DNA of 64,000 nt from a virus, in the IMG/VR virus record IMGVR_UViG_3300018432_000002, positions 1 through 64,000 of that record; one strand, written 5' to 3'. Position numbers and translations under genes: made by a program. Positions 59,914 through 64,000 of this stretch are shown here, one piece after another (the stretch's first letter is position 1; each line of letters opens with the position of its first letter). The notes beneath the pieces were generated by a model. The model did not search any database and was not told the DNA's origin. It saw nothing but the letters and a program-made list of their open reading frames with translations.

Positions 59914-61295
59914 TCGGCGGTCTGGTACTGCTTCTCGGCGGCACCCGGCGCGGCACCGTACGCCTCCCGCACACCCTGGTTGTGCAGCTCGATCGCGTCG
60001 GCGGCCGTCTCCCACGCGGCGGCGGCCTTCTCGGACGCCTCCTTCGCGGTGGCCAGGTTGTTCTCGTCGCTGCCGGTGACCGTCATCTTCTGCATGGCGT
60101 GGCCGGCCTGTTCGGCACTGGCGGCGTGGGTGCGGTGGATCGCCGCGACCTGCCGCATGTAGTGGATCGCGGACGGGATACCGGTGACTTCACCGGACAT
60201 GGCTGCGGTCATGTCGTCTCCTCGGGTGATCGTGTCGAGCGGGTTGGCCGGGTAGCCGGGCGCCGGGTCGTAGTTGACGCCGAACAGTTCCTGAACGTGT
60301 TGCGGGTCGACCGGTGCGGTGGCGGTTGCTTCGTCCCAGCAGGCCTGATCGGCGGGGCAGGCGAACGGCGGATGTTGGGTGCCGCACAGGTCGCAGATGC
60401 TGTGGCGCGGCCCTTGGCACAGCCCGGCATGGACTTTCTCCGCCGCGGCTGCGTCGGCCGGGTGCTGCAGGTACTGGAACGTCCGATCACACTTCGGGCA
60501 GTGGAAGCCGAAGTTCGGCGACGGGCCGTTGGCTGGGTTCTTCGGGCAGTCCCGTTCATGCCGGTCGACGCCGACCTTCGCGCTGACCGGATGGGTGGAG
60601 GTGACCGGGTGTCCGCAGAACTGGCAGTTCAGCGTGGTGGTCAGCGACTGCAGCGGCTTCCGGGGCTCCGCGGGAACTGGCTTGCGGTGGGCCTTCGGGC
60701 AGTTGCTGCCCGCTGGGTGCTCCCAGGCGCCTTCGGGCAGCGTGACGCCGCACTCGTCGCACGCAATGACCGGCTCGTCAGGCTTGGGCCGGTCATCCAA
60801 GTCAAGGTCTAGCCCCATCGGACCGTCGACACTGTCGGCCTTGTCGGCCGGCTGCGGTTCTTTCTTCTCCCCCACCGGCCGGACCAGGGCGTTGTCGAGC
60901 AGCCACTGCCATATGGCCCTCTTCTCCGACTTCACCGTCGGCTTCGCGGGCGGCGCCGTGCCCTCGGCGACGGCTTTCGCCTTGTCGGCCATGTACTGCT
61001 CATGCCGGGCTTTGTGGTCGGCGGCGAGGCCTTCCCACAGCGCCCGCCAGCGCTGCCACGCGTAAGCCCACATGCCCGGCTTGGCGACCTTCGCCGACGC
61101 GGGGGCCTTCCCCCGCGCTTTGCGGCCTTCCAGCCACTTCTCGACCAGGCCGTACGAGGCGGGCGGCTTCCCTTGCTTCGCCAGCTCCCGGTCGACGGTT
61201 GCCACCTTCAACCCGGTGGTGATCGCCGCGGACATGAGCAAGACCGCACCGAGGAGCGGATTGGCGAGGAACACCAGCGCCGAGATACCCCACAT
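59910..61295 (-). CDS. membrane-anchored protein with four zinc-ribbon/C2HC-like repeats
   Basis: N-terminal TM hairpin; ACDECG...NCPKAH, NCQFCGH...HERDCP, HCPKCDR...HAGLC, ICDLCG...ACP. Confidence 0.7.
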   Translation of the reverse strand: MWGISALVFLANPLLGAVLLMSAAITTGLKVATVDRELAKQGKPPASYGLVEKWLEGRKARGKAPASAKVAKPGMWAYAWQRWRALWEGLAADHKARHEQYMADKAKAVAEGTAPPAKPTVKSEKRAIWQWLLDNALVRPVGEKKEPQPADKADSVDGPMGLDLDLDDRPKPDEPVIACDECGVTLPEGAWEHPAGSNCPKAHRKPVPAEPRKPLQSLTTTLNCQFCGHPVTSTHPVSAKVGVDRHERDCPKNPANGPSPNFGFHCPKCDRTFQYLQHPADAAAAEKVHAGLCQGPRHSICDLCGTQHPPFACPADQACWDEATATAPVDPQHVQELFGVNYDPAPGYPANPLDTITRGDDMTAAMSGEVTGIPSAIHYMRQVAAIHRTHAASAEQAGHAMQKMTVTGSDENNLATAKEASEKAAAAWETAADAIELHNQGVREAYGAAPGAAEKQYQTAE

Positions 61296-61804
61296 CAGCG
61301 GCCACCCCCGCCCTGTGCTTTCGCCGCAGACTGCTTCGCCAGAACCCGCTTGGCGGTGACAGTCGCGATCAGGATGCAGATGATGCCCAACCCGGACGCG
61401 CCGATGTCACCGATCCAGGCGGCCAACTGACCGCCGACCTTGCCTTGCAGCGCCGTTGACCAGCCCTCAACCCTGTCGGCAAGCTTCGCCGGGTGCGGAC
61501 CGTTGTTGACGATCACCGCGATGATCGGTGCGAGGATCGCGGAGCTGACGGCTCCCTGGTTGGGTGTCATGTCGCCGACCAAGTCGAGGAATGTGACGAC
61601 GAAGCCGACTGCGAGCAGGGCGTGCGGCAGGTAGTCCCACGGCACGATGCCGAGAATGAAGCCGACGGTGTCGCCGATCCACGTGCTTGCGGCGAACGTG
61701 CCGCCGACGATGGCGAGGCCGAAGGACATCCAGCCGAGAATGTAGATCCCGGCTTCCTGCTTCTGCTTGACGCCCTGGCGCTCGGTGAGGAGGTTGCGGC
61801 CCAC
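61295..61804 (-). CDS. polytopic membrane protein (Spd-like candidate)
   Basis: GTG 61804 with AAAGGA RBS after the upstream stop; four hydrophobic segments. Confidence 0.6.
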   Translation of the reverse strand: MGRNLLTERQGVKQKQEAGIYILGWMSFGLAIVGGTFAASTWIGDTVGFILGIVPWDYLPHALLAVGFVVTFLDLVGDMTPNQGAVSSAILAPIIAVIVNNGPHPAKLADRVEGWSTALQGKVGGQLAAWIGDIGASGLGIICILIATVTAKRVLAKQSAAKAQGGGGR

Positions 61805-61818
61805 AGCGGTGGTCCTTT

Positions 61819-62397
61819 CTAGAGGAGGATGTGGCCCGCGATGCGCGCGGCCGGGTAGACGATGTGGTCGACGACCCAGATGCCTGGGCCGGTCAGGGAG
61901 AACACTTTGATGCCGCCAGCCAGGGCGGCGAGGCGCAGCGGGCGCTGCACCAGCCACTCCCGGTAGCGGGAGATGACGGTGTAGGGGATGGCGACGGTGT
62001 GCTGGTAGCCGACACCGGCTTTGCGGAGGATCCCGGCCTGCTGGTGGGTCCACGGCGCGTGGCGGGCGTATACGGCGAGGTCAGTGAGGGCGGGCGGCCG
62101 TTCGGTGAAGATGGCCGGCGGGGTCCAGTAGGCCCGGCTGGCGGCCCGGAACTCTGCAATCCGCGACCGTACGGGGGCCGGGATTGCACTATCTGCGGTT
62201 CCCGGCACATCGCTGACCTGCGAATCTTCACTGCGGGGGGTGTTCTTGGCGGCTGCAGTTTCAGGTTGCAGAGTCGGCTCGGGCACAACGTGCAGGTGGG
62301 CCGAGTCCGGGCGTGACTGACCCGCCGGCCGGGGACGCGGGCTGGGCCGGTACACCCCGGCAGTAGCAGCGGTTTCAGTCACAGCGGACTCCTTCAT
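61819..62397 (-). CDS. hypothetical protein (P/A/S-rich N-terminus)
   Basis: 192-aa ORF co-oriented in the operon. Confidence 0.55.
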   Translation of the reverse strand: MKESAVTETAATAGVYRPSPRPRPAGQSRPDSAHLHVVPEPTLQPETAAAKNTPRSEDSQVSDVPGTADSAIPAPVRSRIAEFRAASRAYWTPPAIFTERPPALTDLAVYARHAPWTHQQAGILRKAGVGYQHTVAIPYTVISRYREWLVQRPLRLAALAGGIKVFSLTGPGIWVVDHIVYPAARIAGHILL

Positions 62398-62413
62398 CAG
62401 ATGTTTCCGCAGG

Positions 62414-62602
62414 TCAGACGCTCGACAGCAGGAAGCCGGCGAAGAACACGGCCAGCAGGATCAACACGAACGCGGTCAGCGCCCCGCCGAGGGTCGGACC
62501 ACCGCGGACAGCGCGGTACCGGCCGTCGATCGTGCGGCCGTCATCGGCGGCGGGCAGGGTGGTCACGTTGGCGGGCCGCTTGCGGGCCAGCTCGCGGGGC
62601 AT
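62414..62602 (-). CDS. small tail-anchored membrane protein
   Basis: ATG 62602; C-terminal TM LGGALTAFVLILLAVFFAGFLL. Confidence 0.45.
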   Translation of the reverse strand: MPRELARKRPANVTTLPAADDGRTIDGRYRAVRGGPTLGGALTAFVLILLAVFFAGFLLSSV

Positions 62603-62607
62603 GGTGG

Positions 62608-62808
62608 TCACAGGACTTCCTTCCGCTGGTAGGCGACGTACTGGTTGACCAGCAAGGCTCCTGCCGCGACGAACCCGTCGAACAGGCCGAAGATGGCGAA
62701 TGACGCGTTGCTGCCGAAGAAGGCGACGATGAGCAAAAGGCACGCCGCGACGATCAGGCCGGCGGCAACACTGCGCAGATCAAAAGGGCCGAAGTGGGTG
62801 GTGGCCAT
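62608..62808 (-). CDS. small 2-TM membrane protein
   Basis: GAGGAG RBS before ATG 62808; two hydrophobic segments. Confidence 0.5.
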   Translation of the reverse strand: MATTHFGPFDLRSVAAGLIVAACLLLIVAFFGSNASFAIFGLFDGFVAAGALLVNQYVAYQRKEVL

Positions 62809-62852
62809 GAGTGCTCCTCGGAGGGGGTTCGGGTGGGTCTCTGGCGTGCTGC

Positions 62853-64000
62853 TCACTGGTTCACCGCGCGGTCTTCGGAGGCGTCCTCCGCGGTGAGGTT
62901 TCGCTGCGCCTCCGTGACGGCCTCCAAGAGCCGGGGTGCCCTCGACCAGCCCACCGGGAGGGTGTCGACGATGGCCTGCTGTGACCATTCGCGGACGTCG
63001 CCGGAGGGCAGGTTTCTGACCGGGTCGGGGGGCGCCTCCAACAGGCGCTGAACTGCTTCTTCGTCGGTGAGGCGGGCACGGTTGGAGGGCTTGAGGTTGG
63101 CCCTCCCGGTGGTGGCCCTCCGCCCGCCGGAGATGTTCGGGATCTTCGCCTCGGCCTTGGCTTTGCGGAGGGCGTCCGTGTGCTCTTTGGCGGTGTCGCG
63201 GAGGCGCTCCTCCAACCCGCCGACCTTGGTGGTCAGAGAGGCCACTTCGGAGGTGCGCTCCTTCAGGTCGGAGGTGGCCTCCGACAGTCGTTCGGTGGCG
63301 GTGTCGAGCTTGCTCTGGAGGTCCCCCAGCGTCCCCTCCGCGGCGGTGAGCCGGGTGGTCGTGGAGGACACCTCCGAGCGGAGGTCCTCAAGCTCGCGGA
63401 GGTGCTCTTCCCGTTCGGCGGAGAGGGTTGCCACGGAGGCGTCGGCCGCCTCGAGGAGGTGCGCGGCGGATGCCAGCTCCGCCCGGTTCTGATCGAGCGC
63501 GGAGGTCGCCTCGGCCAGCCGCGTCTCCAGGTCGGTGATGCGGGAGGCCTGCCCGGCGTTGATGGTGCGCTGCTCGGTGAGCCCGGCGGTCAACTGCCGG
63601 ACCCGGGCGACCGGGTTGACCCGCATCCACCAGCCGGGTGTGTCGACGCTGCGCGCCCACCGCTGCCGCAGCTCCGCGTTGTAGCCCTCCCACGCCTGCT
63701 TGGGGTCGGTGACGTAGTTGTCGATGGACCAGCGGCGGGCGGCGTAGGCACGGAACGGGAACGAGCGGACCCGCTCGCCGGAGAACGTGGCGCCGGTGGC
63801 GTCGACGACGCCTTCTTTGCGCAGCTGCACGTGCTGCATGCGCCGGGTGTGCAGCCCCCACAGCCACGGGGACAGCAGGGACAGCAGCCCGAACGCGAGG
63901 GACGCGGCGGTGAGGCCGAGCCGGTTGTCGTCGGCGGGGTTGGCGAAGTGGGCGTAGTTGATGCCGGCGACGAGCGCGGCGATGACGTAGGAGGCGCGGC
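62853..64000 (-). CDS. membrane + long coiled-coil protein (5' end outside the window; possibly DUF2637-like N-domain)
   Basis: The reading frame stays open upstream of the ORF-track Met (…YAHFANPADDNRLGLTAASLAFGLLSLLSPWLWGLHTRRMQHV…); central heptad-rich region. Confidence 0.65.
   Translation of the reverse strand, partial: RASYVIAALVAGINYAHFANPADDNRLGLTAASLAFGLLSLLSPWLWGLHTRRMQHVQLRKEGVVDATGATFSGERVRSFPFRAYAARRWSIDNYVTDPKQAWEGYNAELRQRWARSVDTPGWWMRVNPVARVRQLTAGLTEQRTINAGQASRITDLETRLAEATSALDQNRAELASAAHLLEAADASVATLSAEREEHLRELEDLRSEVSSTTTRLTAAEGTLGDLQSKLDTATERLSEATSDLKERTSEVASLTTKVGGLEERLRDTAKEHTDALRKAKAEAKIPNISGGRRATTGRANLKPSNRARLTDEEAVQRLLEAPPDPVRNLPSGDVREWSQQAIVDTLPVGWSRAPRLLEAVTEAQRNLTAEDASEDRAVNQ

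Noticed and set aside
1-64000. Search for integrase, excisionase-integrase pair, attL/attR direct repeats, rRNA, complete tRNA and CRISPR
   Set aside because: None was recognisable by eye in this window. The integration module is presumably outside it, so prophage boundaries cannot be called here.

Overview
High-GC actinobacterial (Streptomyces/Micromonospora-like) DNA. Almost all of it is a temperate siphovirus-type (pro)phage, read left to right on the + strand. The layout is: (i) 1-17.4 kb, a tightly coupled early/replication operon (HNH, RusA, metallophosphoesterase, DUF5131/Gp37-Gp68, XRE HTH, GIY-YIG, replisome organiser + DnaC-like loader, tandem DUF397 genes); (ii) 17.4-19.9 kb, a polysaccharide deacetylase and small proteins; (iii) 19.9-50.2 kb, packaging/head/tail genes (TerS, HNH, TerL, portal, a large multi-domain putative effector, MuF-like protein, Mu-I-like protease/scaffold, decoration protein, major capsid, LamG/repeat protein, connectors, major tail, G/GT chaperones, tape measure, beta-helix tailspike, Dit-like minor tail); (iv) 50.9-53.5 kb, a lysis cassette; (v) 53.6-57.5 kb, an accessory island (membrane protein, Excalibur-LPXTG protein, secreted protein, PadR-like regulator, YdjM-like hydrolase); (vi) 57.5-64 kb, a minus-strand operon with an FtsK/TraB-type DNA translocase and Spd-like membrane proteins, running off the window. 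No integrase, att site, rRNA, complete tRNA or CRISPR array was found. The main second-look items are listed here. TerL is split inside its Walker A motif at a canonical -1 slippery heptamer followed by a strong hairpin. A 776-aa gene next to the portal carries two ART-like domains, a SAP-like domain and a PI3/4-kinase-like domain. A 2H phosphoesterase domain is embedded in the protease/scaffold protein. A reverse-strand GIY-YIG two-gene cassette is inserted in the tail operon. A tRNA-like minihelix lies upstream of terS. A hairpin plus TTTCGTCATGCCCGGA motif recurs before the major structural genes. All functional calls come from motif recognition by eye. No database search was run.
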